Positions 16,063 through 27,970 are shown, counted from the first letter of the stretch. The stretch: 64,000 nucleotides of DNA from Planktothrix sp. GU0601_MAG3 (GCA_035193785.1 CP136572.1:512001-576000), one strand, 5' to 3'. The notes: generated by a model not told the origin, from the letters alone. A program made the numbers and translations.

Positions 16063-17442
16063 ATGTTATTTAATTATTCTCAATTCCTGATTGATACCCT
16101 CCGCCAACGGCGCAAAAAACTCAGTTATTTAATTGATTTCCCCGCAATTTTGTGGTCGGGTCGTAGCAGTTCTCGCAATTTTCCCGCTAATATTTATCCC
16201 TTTCGTGCCAGTAGTCATTTTCTTTATTTTGCCGGATTTCCCTTAGAAAATGCAGCGATTCGTTTGTATGAAGGTCGCTTAGAATTATTCATGGATGATG
16301 CCCCCGAAGGTAGCGCCCTTTGGCACGCCGAAATCCCCCACAGAAATCGCATTGCAGAACTCATGGGTGCGGATATTTCCTATCCCTTATCAGCATTATC
16401 TAATCATCTTCAAGATGCGGCAACTATTGTGGTACAAAATCCCGTTACCGCCAACGAACAACGTCAATTATTGAACTGTCCGTTAAGATCAGCAAAAGAG
16501 CCGGAAGGAATTGATTTAGAATTAACACAGGCAATTATTTATTTGCGTCTAATCCATGATGAGATGGCATTACAGGAGTTACGTCAAGCCGCAGAAGTTA
16601 GCATTAAAGCCCATAAAATGGGAATGAAAGCAACAAAAACAGCCCAGTTAGAAGCGGAGATTCGTGGGGCTATGGAGGGGGTAATTATTAGTCATAATTT
16701 GACCTGTTCCTATAATAGTATTGTGACGATACAGGGAGAAATTTTACACAACCAACACTATCATAATCCCTTACAACCGGGGGATTTACTATTAGCTGAT
16801 GTGGGGGCAGAAACGGCGATGGGATGGGCGGCGGATATTACCCGAACTTGGCCGGTTTCTGGACAATTTTCTCCGACTCAACGGGATATTTATCAAGTGG
16901 TTTTAAAGGCTCATGATACCTGTATTAATTCTATCAAACCTGGGATAGAATATCAAGAAATTCATCGAATTGCGGCATCAATAATTTCAGAAGGATTAGT
17001 TGATTTAGGAATATTAAAAGGCAATGCCGAGGATTTAGTAGAACAGGATGCCCACGCCTTATTTTTCCCCCACGGAATCGGGCATTTATTAGGGTTAGAT
17101 GTGCATGACATGGAGGATTTGGGGGATTTAGCTGGATATGAACTGGGACGGGTGAGAAGTCAACGATTTGGCTGGTGTTTTCTGCGGTTAAATCGTCCCT
17201 TAAAACCCAGAATGTTAGTAACAATAGAACCAGGTTTTTATCAAGTTCCGGCTATTTTAAATGATCCTAAAAATCGAGAACAATATCAAAATATTGTTAA
17301 TTGGGAACGTTTAGAACAATTTGCTGATGTTCGAGGCATTAGAATAGAAGATGATGTCTTAGTCACGGAAACAGGAACAGAAATTTTAACCCAAAGTTTA
17401 CCCACATCTATTCAGGAGATAGAGGATTTAGTTAAAAATTAA
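16063..17442 (+). CDS. pepP: Xaa-Pro aminopeptidase (M24B)
   Basis: ADITRTWP, PHGIGHLLGLDVHD, TIEPGFY, GIRIEDDV. Confidence 0.9.
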   Translation: MLFNYSQFLIDTLRQRRKKLSYLIDFPAILWSGRSSSRNFPANIYPFRASSHFLYFAGFPLENAAIRLYEGRLELFMDDAPEGSALWHAEIPHRNRIAELMGADISYPLSALSNHLQDAATIVVQNPVTANEQRQLLNCPLRSAKEPEGIDLELTQAIIYLRLIHDEMALQELRQAAEVSIKAHKMGMKATKTAQLEAEIRGAMEGVIISHNLTCSYNSIVTIQGEILHNQHYHNPLQPGDLLLADVGAETAMGWAADITRTWPVSGQFSPTQRDIYQVVLKAHDTCINSIKPGIEYQEIHRIAASIISEGLVDLGILKGNAEDLVEQDAHALFFPHGIGHLLGLDVHDMEDLGDLAGYELGRVRSQRFGWCFLRLNRPLKPRMLVTIEPGFYQVPAILNDPKNREQYQNIVNWERLEQFADVRGIRIEDDVLVTETGTEILTQSLPTSIQEIEDLVKN

Positions 17443-17454
17443 TGGAGTAAATTT

Positions 17455-19108
17455 ATGCTGAGTCAACAACGAATTAAACGGTTTATTATTTTTTTCCTCG
17501 GAACTCTAATTGTCATGGGAGTAACCGTAGCTGGTTATGCCTTTACAACTCTATTTTTATCTAATACTGCTACAACAGAATCCCCAATTAGTTTGGCTGG
17601 ATGTGGCAGTTCCCAGGGAGGAGAAACGGATAATGCAATTGCAACCTTTTATGGTAATAATACCTATTCTTGGGGGAATAAAATCCGGTGGAATTGTGTG
17701 TATAATATTAAAGATTTCTCCGGTTCAAATTTAGTAGAACAGTTCAATGCCGCGCGGGATGCTGCCTTTAATCATGGGGGTGGGGTGGTTTATTTTCCTT
17801 CAGGAACCTATGTTTTTAATGATAGCATAAAACTAAAATCCGGTGTGGTTCTTCGAGGAGAAACTCCTGCTATTAAATCGGCAAAAGCCAATAATTATTA
17901 TCCCCCCTCAAAATTAGTATTTCCTAAATATGAACCCCAACTTTCAGGAGACGGAAGCCCGAATGAAACGGCTTTTAAAAGTATTCAAACCCTGACACCC
18001 GGCCAAGATAGTAATATTGGGATTATTAACCTAGATATTAATCGGGCTGCAATTAATTTTGTCGGAGATTTAGATAATGCTAAAAATAGTAATATTATAA
18101 TTTTTGGGGTTCGTAGTAATAACGTAGCAAAACCTGACCCCCAAGTGCCCAAACTGGAATTTCAAAACCCTTGGCAACGCTATAGTCATCGCTTTGCTTC
18201 TAATATTGAACTTACCGGGTATGAAAATATTTTAGTTGCTAATAATCGAATTAATGATAACATTACTGATAATTATGAACAACCCGGATATCAGTTACAG
18301 TCCCAAGATAAAAAGACAATTTTAACCTATCAAGATGGCGGTAAAGTTCCCTTTAATTATAGCAATCATTATGGAATTGTTGTTAACAGAGGTGGAAAAC
18401 AAGGCGGGTTTAAATTAGCTGGGACTCCCACCACTGAAACCCGGACTATTTAGAAAAGGCATTGTAATTCGAGATAATTGGGTTTACCACACTATGCGAG
18501 TGGGAATTCATGCGGCGGGAGATGGTTTAATTATCCAAAATAATGATATTCGAGACCAACCCAATAAAAAATGGTGGACAGACCCCACGGGTACTCGAGA
18601 AGCAACGGGGGCAGTTACCTTAGAAAATAGAGGAATTGACTTTTCAGGATGGAATGTTTTAGTTGAGGGGAATAATTATCAAGTTTATCGACATCAAATT
18701 GGAGATACAAAATATTTAAGTGTGGATGGAGAAGGGATTTTAATACAAGAATGTTGTGGAGGAACCACGGTTAAAAATGTTAAAATTAAAAATAATCAAG
18801 GGAATGCTTATATTGGACTCTATAAAGTTCAAGACATTGATAATGCAACTATTGAAAATAATCAAATTTTAGGTGCTGATATTTTTGTCATGGCAGATAC
18901 TAATAATCAACCCTATAGAATGAATCAGGTTAAAATTATTAATAATCAAGTTTCTGGAAATATTCTGGTGAAAGCTAGTTTAGGGGGGCAGGGGAATGAA
19001 ATTTCAGGAAACAGAGGAAACCAAAGCGGAAAACTAGAGTATTCCTGTTCCATTGAAGTTAATAATAACTCGGGATTTAATACTCAACCCTGTTTTCCGT
19101 TGCGCTAA
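17455..19108 (+). CDS. Secreted or membrane-anchored parallel beta-helix protein (pectate-lyase/GH55-like N-terminus); frameshift at 18436
   Basis: N-terminal TM, GGGVVYFPSGTY..IKLKSGVVLRG, Asn-rich beta-helix rungs. Joins as TTEPGLFRKGIVIRDNWVYHTMRVG. Confidence 0.7.
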
Positions 19109-19109
19109 T

Positions 19110-19967
19110 TTACCATAATGTTAATTGGGTAGGGATGGGTTCCAACTGATTCCAGGGTAGGGGAGAAATGGGCAGATGATGGGATTCTAACAATTGTTGC
19201 ACATATTTTGCCATAGAAGGCGAGTGTTCCTCCAAAGGACAATGCACAAAAAAATAAACATCTTTGCCTTGATTTAACCAGTGATGAATCGGTGTAATCC
19301 AATCTTCTAAAAAGGGTTGATTCCTCGATAATTGAGGATGGGAAATAAACCGAATTAAAGCAAAGGAAGCCGTAATACTAAATTCTACCAGAACTTGCGG
19401 TTTTTTTCGTTTTGAATGTAGTTGCGGGTCATCCTCACCGCTATAAATAGGACGGGAATCTAAAATCACCCGTCCAACATTAAAGGATGCTAAAAGCTGT
19501 TTTAACCGCTTAAAATTATCCGGTTGAAACCAATCAGGATGACGCACTTCTACCGCTAAAGGAACGATTTGATGCGGCCAAACTTGAAGAAAATCTTGCA
19601 AATCCTCTAATAAATGGGGAGAATAACTCGGCGGTAATTGGGCAAAAATAGGGCCGAAACGAGTTCCTAAACACTGCATTTGTGCAACAAACTTTAACGC
19701 CCCTGGAATGGCTAGATTTAGTGACCCTTGATGGGTTAATTCCTGGGGTAATTTTAAACAAAATTTAAAATCCGATGGTGTTTGTTGTACCCAGCGAGTT
19801 ACCGTTTCTGTATTAGGAATGGCATAAAATGTGGTATTTCCTTCTACGGCGGTAAAGCGACGACTATAGAGGGAGAGAAAATCCGCCGGACGACTTCCCA
19901 AAGGATATAATTCTCCCACCCAATTTTTATACGACCAAACCGCACAGCCCAAATAAAAATTACCCAT
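19110..19967 (-). CDS. DUF72 family protein
   Basis: LGCAVW, YSRRFTAVEGNTTFYA, QLPPS, AVEVRHPDW. Confidence 0.88.
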   Translation of the reverse strand: MGNFYLGCAVWSYKNWVGELYPLGSRPADFLSLYSRRFTAVEGNTTFYAIPNTETVTRWVQQTPSDFKFCLKLPQELTHQGSLNLAIPGALKFVAQMQCLGTRFGPIFAQLPPSYSPHLLEDLQDFLQVWPHQIVPLAVEVRHPDWFQPDNFKRLKQLLASFNVGRVILDSRPIYSGEDDPQLHSKRKKPQVLVEFSITASFALIRFISHPQLSRNQPFLEDWITPIHHWLNQGKDVYFFVHCPLEEHSPSMAKYVQQLLESHHLPISPLPWNQLEPIPTQLTLW

Positions 19968-19973
19968 TTTTTC

Positions 19974-21210
19974 CTATTTTAAATAGGTAAACTTACCATT
20001 TTTTCCCGTTTCATCCATTTTAATTTGGGCAACATAAAACTTTTCTTGCACCACTTCACCTTCGGAAGTAAAAGAAATATTCCCTAAAACAGTCTCATAT
20101 TTTCCCGCTAAAATCGCTTGATTTAATTGTTCTCTTAGCTGTTCTAATGATAAACTATCGAGTTTGTTTTTCTGGTCAACCGCTTTTAAAGCATCCACAA
20201 AAACTTGAACTCCGGCGAAGGCTTGGGCGGTAAATTGTGGGGGTTCTTTTTTATTCTGGGCTGCGTAGGTTTCCCGAAAGGTTTTATTAATCGGATTATC
20301 AATTTCAGGACTATAGGCTTGGGCAATAATTACCCCATCACATTCTTTTTGACAGACGGACAAAATATTAGAGGTATTTAAACCATTTCCCCCAATAATT
20401 AATCCTTGATAACCCAATTGTCGTAACTGTTTGATTAAATTTCCTCCATCCGCCGCCAGTCCCGAAATAATAATTAAATCCGGGTTTAAATTAATTGCTG
20501 CGGTGGCTTGATTTTGAAAATCGGTGTCGGTGGTTTGGAACTTTTGAACTGTCACTACCTCTAGGTTTAAATCCTTAACTGTTTGTTGAAAAGTCTCCGT
20601 TTCTGATTTACTAAAAGCATCATTTTGAGCAAAGAAAACCGCTACTTTTTTAATATCAGGATTAATTTTTAATGCCGCTTTTACCGCATTCGGGGCGACA
20701 ACGGCAACGGGGGCAGAAACCCGGGCAATATAATCCCCAATTTGAGGCACTCCTTTCGCAGTATTAGAAGGGCCTAAAACCGGAACTTTTGCCCTTTCCG
20801 CAATGGGGTCAGCGGCAAAGGCTTGTTGAGATAAAGAAGGGCCTAAAATGCCGACAACTTTCTGTTGCGTAATTAGGGTATTAAAAGCATTAATTGCCCC
20901 TTGTTCATCGCCTCCCCCATCTTGAAGGGCTAATTTAATTGGGGTTCCATTTACGCCTCCTTGTTGATTAAAATATTGTTCAGCCATTTTCGCGCCAATC
21001 ACCTGTTTCTTGTCCTAATAAGGCGGCGTTACTGGTTTGGGCGAGAACAACTCCAATCGGAATTCCTTTAGAATTTTCAACGGTATTTGTCGGGGAATTG
21101 GAATTAGGAGCGGTGTTATTTCCAGAAGGTTGAGAGGAACTACAGGCTAATACTAAAGCCCCGGTTATTCCTGATAACAATAGAGGGATAAATTGTTTTC
21201 TTTTAATCAT
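19974..21210 (-). CDS. Branched-chain amino acid ABC transporter substrate-binding lipoprotein; frameshift at 21005
   Basis: Lipobox LVLAC, GGVNGTPIKL, VVGILGPSLS. Joins as LLGQEQVIGAKMA. Confidence 0.88.
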
Positions 21211-21328
21211 GGCAGTAAAAATCATATAAAACAAGAGATAATCTGATTATACAACTATTTTTAATTGTAGACAAGTGGATATTAAAATTAGGGCGGTAAA
21301 GTCAGTAAGCCAAGACGTTCGCACTATA

Positions 21329-21775
21329 TTAATTATCATCAAATAAAGTATATTCTTCCTCAAATACCTCTTGCCAAGATAAAGAGATTAATGAGCATTT
21401 TTGATTCATTTCTGTTTCCGCTTCTTTAGCCGCTTTTTCAAAACATTTATCCCAAATTGAATCAATAGTATTTCGGTTCAAACTGGGTGTATCTTCCTGA
21501 ATTGCTTCAATTTAATTCCGCGCTGATAAAATTGTAATTGACCAACTAGAAGTCCGTTTTTGGGGTTGACATTTCCACTTAATAACATGAGCCATTAACC
21601 GAATCAACTGACTTCTTAATGCTCGTTTATCAGATCGTCCCATTGCTTCAATTAATGCCTCTAAACCTATCGTAGCTTCCATAATATTTCCCTGTTTTAA
21701 ACAGTTCTTAACTTCCAAAGCCGTCAGATAATGAGAATTCATGGCTAGATCTAGCCAATCCATTTGAGTTGACAT
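21329..21775 (-). pseudogene. DUF29 family paralogue with an in-frame TAA at 21512-21514
   Basis: MGRSDKRALRSQLIRLMAHVIKW..QP.KRTSSW. The frame continues past TAA as IEAIQEDTPSLN to a stop at 21329. Confidence 0.7.
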
Positions 21776-21788
21776 AAACCCCTTCTCC

Positions 21789-22235
21789 TTAATTATAATC
21801 AAATAAACTATATTCTTCCTCAAATACCTCTTGCCAAGATAAAGATATTAATGGGCATTTTTTTTCCATTTCACTTTCCGCTTGTCTGATGGCTTTTTTC
21901 AAAGAAGTTTCCCAAATTGATTCGAGGTAGTTTCGATTTAAACTGGGAACTTCCTCCTGAATATCAGCAATTTCATCTCTGGCAGAAATAATCGTAGTTT
22001 CCCAACTTGGAGTCCGTTTTTCCGGTTGATATTTCCATTTAATAATGTGCATCATTAACCGGGTTAATTGACTTTTTAAAGCTAATTTCTTGGATTTTCC
22101 CATAGATTCAATTAAAACCGCTAACCCAGATCCGGCTTCCATAAATTTTTGCTCCTGTAATAACTCTTGAACAGCCACCGCCGCCAAATATTCAGAACTC
22201 GCCGCCAACCATTCCCAATCTTCTGATGTTCGCAT
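21789..22235 (-). CDS. DUF29 family protein
   Basis: ESMGKSKKLALKSQLTRLMMHIIKWKYQPEKRTPSW. Confidence 0.8.
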   Translation of the reverse strand: MRTSEDWEWLAASSEYLAAVAVQELLQEQKFMEAGSGLAVLIESMGKSKKLALKSQLTRLMMHIIKWKYQPEKRTPSWETTIISARDEIADIQEEVPSLNRNYLESIWETSLKKAIRQAESEMEKKCPLISLSWQEVFEEEYSLFDYN

Positions 22236-22509
22236 TTTTACCTCAACAGAAAATAAGTCGAATCATATTTTTAATTTTATGTCAAGTCTTTGGGATTGAA
22301 CTTAACATTTCTATTTAATTTAACAAAATATTGCTCAAAATTTAAGAATCATTGCAGTTAAACAATGTTATTATTGTTTTATTGTCAAAATGAATTCTAA
22401 AATAGAGATTAAATTGCGATCGCTATGTATAAATACTCCTAGCGATTGGCACAATTTCTGAGAATATAAAACAAGCTGTCCTCATCACCTATCAACGGAG
22501 AAACACGCT

Positions 22510-24039
22510 ATGAAATTGGCTTATTGGATGTATGCTGGCCCCGCCCATATTGGCACCCTGAGAATTGCCAGTTCCTTCAAAAACGTTCACGCCATCATGC
22601 ACGCCCCTTTAGGAGATGACTACTTCAACGTCATGCGGTCTATGTTGGAAAGGGAACGGAAAACTATACCCCCGTCACCGCTAGTGTCGTAGACCGGAAC
22701 GTTTTAGCCCGGGGTTCCCAAGAAAAAGTGGTTGATAATATTGTTAGAAAAGATCGAGAAGAACATCCCGATTTAATTCTATTAACTCCCACCTGTACTT
22801 CCAGTATTTTACAAGAAGATTTACACAATTTTGTGGAACGCGCCCAACTCGATGCCAAAGGCGATGTCATGTTAGCAGACGTCAATCATTATCGCTATAA
22901 TGAACTGCAAGCGGCTGACCGAACCTTACAACAAGTGGTTCAGTTTTATTTGGAAAAAGCCAAGAAAAAAGGCGATATTCCCGAAGGCAAAACCGAAAAA
23001 CCTTCCGTTAATATTATTGGAATCTCTACCCTCGGTTTCCATCACCACCATGACTGCACCGAATTAAAACGGTTAATGGTAGATTTAGGAATTGAAGTTA
23101 ATGAAGTGATTCCCGAAGGCGCATCGGTTCACAACTTAAAAAACCTACCTCGCGCTTGGTTTAACCTGGTTCCCTATCGAGAATTAGGGTTAATGGCGGC
23201 AAAGTATTTAGAAGAAGAATTTGGCACACCTATAGTTGATATTACGCCGATGGGAGTGGTTGAAACCGCCCGTTGTATTCGCAAAATTCAACAAGTAATT
23301 AATGCTCAAGGTGCTGATGTTGATTATAGTGAATATATTGATAATCAAACCCTGTATGTATCTCAAGCTGCTTGGTTTTCCCGTTCCATTGACTGTCAGA
23401 ATTTAACCGGAAAAAAAGCCGTTGTCTTTGGGGATAATACCCACGCCGCCGCGATGACAAAAATTCTAGCGCGAGAAATGGGAATTCATGTCGTTTGTGC
23501 CGGAAACCTATTGTAAATATGACGGTGATTGGTTCAAGGAACAAGTCAGTGAATATTGCGATGAAGTTCTGATTAGTGAAGATAATGGTGCAATCGGAGA
23601 TATGATTGCCAGAATTGAACCTTCTGCTATTTTTGGAACCCAAATGGAACGCCACGTTGGGAAACGCTTGGATATTCCCTGCGGTGTGATTGCATCTCCG
23701 ATTCATATTCAGAATTTCCCCATCGGTTATAAACCATTTTTAGGCTATGAAGGAACTAATCAAATTACCGATTTGATCTATAATTCCTTTACCTTGGGAA
23801 TGGAAGATCACCTATTAGAAATCTTTGGTGGACATGATACTAAAGAAGTGATTACCAAAGGAATTTCGGCGGGTTCTGATTTGAATTGGACAAGAGAAGC
23901 TCAAACCGAACTGAATAAAATTCCTGGGTTTGTGCGCAGTAAAGTTAAACGCAATACCGAAAAATTTGCCCGTGAAAGAGGTTTCAACGAAATTTCCTTA
24001 GAAGTGATGTATGCGGCCAAAGAATCCGTAGGAGCTTAA
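22510..24039 (+). CDS. chlB: Light-independent protochlorophyllide reductase subunit B; frameshifts at 22659 (+2) and 23503 (+1)
   Basis: [48 protein letters not shown]-terminal PCP_red domain. Confidence 0.97.
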
Positions 24040-24043
24040 TTGT

Positions 24044-24069
24044 AGGGTGGGAAATACCCACCTTTTTTG
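24044..24069 (+). terminator. Intrinsic terminator after chlB
   Basis: AGGGTGGG-AAATA-CCCACC hairpin followed by a T run. Confidence 0.6.
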
Positions 24070-24162
24070 TTACAATCTCAATCAAAGTAAGCCCGACTTT
24101 TTGTACTCAGCTAGTTTGGGTTAACTTACTGTTGTTCCGACATGATTTATCAGAGGTAATGT

Positions 24163-24403
24163 ATGTCAAATATTCGGAAAGTTTCAGGGAATCCAGGGGA
24201 CACTTGGGATGATTTAAGTTGGACAGATTTGAACAACGATGAGCAAGCTTTGTGGGCTGCTTTAGGTTGGAATCAATCCAGTTGGGAAGAAGACTCTGAC
24301 GCTCCCGGTTTCTAATGAGAAATATTGGGAGGAATTAACGGAACAAGAACGTGATGCAGCAACAAAACTCGGTTATAACCAATCTTATTGGGATGAGGAT
24401 TAA
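24163..24403 (+). CDS. Small acidic Trp-rich protein (about 79 aa) with two internal repeats; absent from the ORF track; frameshift at about 24308
   Basis: GAGG RBS, then MSNIRKVSGNPGDTWDDLSWTDLNNDEQALWAALGWNQSSWEED..SNEKYWEELTEQERDAATKLGYNQSYWDED*. Confidence 0.7.
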
Positions 24404-24741
24404 GGACAAAATAAAGTCCCCACTTGTATTATTAATCGAATAGTTTGTAGGGTGCGTAAGGCGTAATTAATTTATTGGAAAATCCAATAATTAACAATTC
24501 GCCCCTCGCACCATTTTTTGTTCATCAAGGTGACTAAGTTCATACTGTTTTCCTAACCTAATGTTACCTGTGTATATTATGGCAGTGATCGCACTCCTAA
24601 CTCCCTTGCATCCCATATCCCCAATTCTCCTAAACCCTTTACGCCAACAAAAGTATATCTTTGGACATCATCGGGCAAGATTTCTGTAATATGCTAAGAT
24701 TAGAATGGTTATATGATTGTATTTGAACGGAGGCAATCAAT

Positions 24742-25038
24742 ATGTTATCAACTGATGTTAGAAAAGAGTCCATGATGAAAAGAATTGATCAAGTTGTTTC
24801 GATTTTAATGGAAGAACGTCCTTTGTTTAAAGAAAAACTGAATCATTCAGAAATGATTGAAGAATTATTTAAACTCTTTCAAGAAAACTTACCTTTTGAA
24901 AAATTTAACACGATGTCAGATCAAGAATTAAAGAAACATTGTAGTCTGATTATGGTGACAGAAGCAGTGGCGGGAACTTTGAATGAATTAACACCTGAAC
25001 AAATGGCTATTTTTGATGAAGTAATTAAACGTAAATAG
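24742..25038 (+). CDS. Putative antitoxin upstream of VapC
   Basis: Small ORF with RBS that abuts the PIN gene; ends L.ELTPEQMAIFDE. Confidence 0.65.
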   Translation: MLSTDVRKESMMKRIDQVVSILMEERPLFKEKLNHSEMIEELFKLFQENLPFEKFNTMSDQELKKHCSLIMVTEAVAGTLNELTPEQMAIFDEVIKRK

Positions 25039-25446
25039 ATGAGTATGAGTTATTTATTAGATACTAATATTGTTTCTTTATCCCTGAAAAATAATCTTAA
25101 AGTTAAGGAAAAGCTCAAACAATTAGAATCTCAAAAAGAATTACTCTGTATCAGTTGCATTACTTATTTTGAAATTAAAAGAGGATTATTTGCAGTAAAA
25201 GCAACTAAACAACTAGAAAGATTTAATGAATTTTGCCAAGATTATCAAATTATTTTATTAGATGATTTAGCAATTTTAGAGAAAGCATCTGAAATTCATG
25301 CCAATTTAAGGTTAAGAGGATTACCGATCCAAACAGAAGATATTTTAATTGCTGCGACTGCGATTGTTAAAGGTTTAATTCTGGTTTCTAATGATAGTGA
25401 TTTATTGAGAGTTGAGGGTTTAAGTTTAGAGAATTGGGTAGAGTGA
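25039..25446 (+). CDS. vapC: PIN-domain VapC toxin
   Basis: YLLDTNIVS, ITYFEI..G, EDILIAATA, LVSNDSD. Confidence 0.9.
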   Translation: MSMSYLLDTNIVSLSLKNNLKVKEKLKQLESQKELLCISCITYFEIKRGLFAVKATKQLERFNEFCQDYQIILLDDLAILEKASEIHANLRLRGLPIQTEDILIAATAIVKGLILVSNDSDLLRVEGLSLENWVE

Positions 25447-25475
25447 TAATTTGAAGTTTTGTTGAAGGTTTTATA

Positions 25476-25590
25476 TTAGCGATCGCACCCTCAATTATCC
25501 TAGAATAAAAAGCGATCACACTCCTAACTCCCATACATCCCAAAAGGCGATCGCACCATCAACAACCCTACAATAAAAAGCGATCACATT
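25476..25590. repeat. Cluster of HIP1-containing short dispersed repeats (AAAAGCGATC(G/A)CA.TCCTAACTCC)
   Basis: Four GCGATC(G/A)C units here; related units at 24583-24605 and 26258-26320. Confidence 0.65.
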
Positions 25591-25597
25591 AATAATT

Positions 25598-25930
25598 TTA
25601 CTCCAGATCAAGGGGATTAAAAGTAATTGAAGATTGTGCGCTATGACGAAGATAAAGAATATAAACTATATCCTCTTGAATGGTGAAAATAATTCGGTAT
25701 TTATTCCTTGATTTACCATAGATAATTTGTCTGATTTCTATTTCTTTAGGAAAATCATCGTTTTCTCTAGCTAAAGCAAAACGTTTTGGCTTATCTTGCA
25801 AAGTAGCAATAGTATTCATTAAATCTCTAAACCATTGATCAGCATAATTAGGGTTAAGATTTTTTAACCAAAGATAAGCAGATTCTATTTCTAGTTTAGC
25901 ATTCTGGGTTAATTTAACTTGAAATTCCAT
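25598..25930 (-). CDS. ParE/RelE family toxin
   Basis: QVKLTQNAKLEI...IRQIIYGK..NKYRIIFTI....VYILYLRH. Confidence 0.85.
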   Translation of the reverse strand: MEFQVKLTQNAKLEIESAYLWLKNLNPNYADQWFRDLMNTIATLQDKPKRFALARENDDFPKEIEIRQIIYGKSRNKYRIIFTIQEDIVYILYLRHSAQSSITFNPLDLE

Positions 25931-26204
25931 GTTTATGCTGCATTTCTTCGATGAATTGATTTAGGGGTTGTGTGTCACCTGTTGCTATATCTTCTAATCC
26001 TTTTTTAATCCCAATAATAGTTTCTAATTTCTCTATAAAATCCAATAATTTCTGATAAGATCCAGCATCCTGTACTACTAATTCGGCTTTCCCATTAACA
26101 GTTAAAACGATAGGATTACCTGTTTCTTTCATCTGGCTAATCAGTTCATTGGTATTCCGTTTAAAGGTTGATAGGGATTGAATATCTCGATTTAGATTAA
26201 TCAT
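25914..26204 (-). CDS. Phd/YefM family antitoxin
   Basis: IQSLSTFKRNT..PIVLTVNGKAELVVQDA; overlaps the toxin start. Confidence 0.88.
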   Translation of the reverse strand: MINLNRDIQSLSTFKRNTNELISQMKETGNPIVLTVNGKAELVVQDAGSYQKLLDFIEKLETIIGIKKGLEDIATGDTQPLNQFIEEMQHKHGISS

Positions 26205-26363
26205 GGTTGGGGACTTTGCACTAAATTGGCATTAAATTTAATGTTAGCACAAAATAGCAAAAGCGATCGCATTCCTAACTTCCTCAAACCCAAAGAAGCG
26301 ATCGCATTCCTAACTCCCACAAATCCCAAACAAGCAAGATTAAATTTGATCAGGATGAGATTA

Positions 26364-27888
26364 TCAAATATCTAAGTCTAACTCCATCTGATTAACTTTC
26401 ACTTGTTTTTGTTTTTCAGCACTTTTAACTACTTCTAAACTTAAACGAATATTTAATCTTTTTTGATTTTCAATAATATCTTGGACTGTGACAATTTGAA
26501 TCTTATCACAACTATGACTCATGTATTGACTCTGATAAAAACCAGCAGATTTCGCCGTTTTGATCATATCTTTACTGGGATTTACTAAAGTTATAAATAT
26601 GGCTATACTAGCATTTTCTATCGTCATTGTTCCTATCAAATCTCGGATATCTCCTGATTTTACTTTTCCTGATTTGACTTGAAAAATTATCTTTTCTGGT
26701 TCATTTTGATTACCTTGAAAGTAAGCAATTCCGTCTACACCTTGATCTGAACCTTTTTTAGTGTTAATGATTCCTTTGTTATCAGTATAAGTTAAAATTG
26801 CCCATTTTTCAAATTCTTTTCGAGTGCGATCATCTGCTTTATTTGCTAATGCTGTTGCACTTTCTATATCTTTAGGAATACCATGCAGTTTAATGGTTTG
26901 TAAAACCTCTTTTTCAAAGCTATCTTCTAATCTTTTTAAGATTAAACTAATACTTTGATAAGTAATATCAATTCCTATCCATTTTCGCTCTAATCTTTGG
27001 GAAACTGCAACGGTTGTTCCACAACCACAATAAGCGTCTAATATTGTATCATTTTCGTTAGAACTTGCTAAAATTATGCGTTCTAATAATGCTTCTGGTT
27101 TCTGTGTTGGATAGCCTAAACGTTTCTGCAACACCTGCTTGTAAAGAATTTATATCTATCCACCAATCTTCAGGTATTTTGCCTTCATCTAAATAATACC
27201 TATAAATCTTACCTGATTTTCTAACAATTTTATCTTGATAAGGTCTTCCATTTTCGTCAACACCCAGTTTTCCACCTTTGCTTTTAGTTCCTGTATCTCT
27301 TTGTATACCTATGGAATCACCATTAAATGTCCATATTTTACCTTTTGTAAAAAAGAATATAACATCATGTTTTCGCGCATATTGAGTTTTAGCTTTGCCG
27401 CCATGACTATAACACCAAATGATTTCATTTCTAAATTCCCCACCCTGAGAACAAAAAACAGCATCTAATATCAACTTTAAGTAATGACTTGCATTGGGAT
27501 CACAATGTAAATAAAAACTACCTGTAGGTTTTAAAACTCGATAAATTTCTGTTATTCTTAAAGTCATACTCACTAAATAAGCAAGTAAACTTCCTGTTCC
27601 TAAAACATTCCTTAAACCTACAATTAAAGCAATACATTGCTGGGTAAATAATCCATGATAATTAGTAGTAATTTCCTCTATTCCATGAATAGCGTGATCA
27701 TCCCATTCCCAAGTATCAATAAATGCTTGTGCTTGAGCTTTATCATCGCCACCAATATTATTATAAATTTGATTGTAATTACGTTTAGAATTAAAAGGAG
27801 GATCAATATAACATAAATCAACTGATTCATCTTTAATGTAACGTCTTAAAACTTCTAAATTATCGCCATAATAAAGTTGATTAACCAT
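26364..27888 (-). CDS. Beta-class N4/N6 DNA methyltransferase fused to a C-terminal Mrr-like PD-(D/E)xK domain; frameshift at 27122
   Basis: LYYGDNL, YIDPPF (motif IV), RLGYPTQKPEALL, LDAYCGCGTT (motif I), then D.GVDG....IIFQVKSG. Confidence 0.88.
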
Positions 27889-27970
27889 TATTTTTAGCAA
27901 ATTACTTTGCTTGAGTCAAACTTGATTAATCATTTTTATACTAAATTGATTTTTTGTCATAGCAGAAAAT

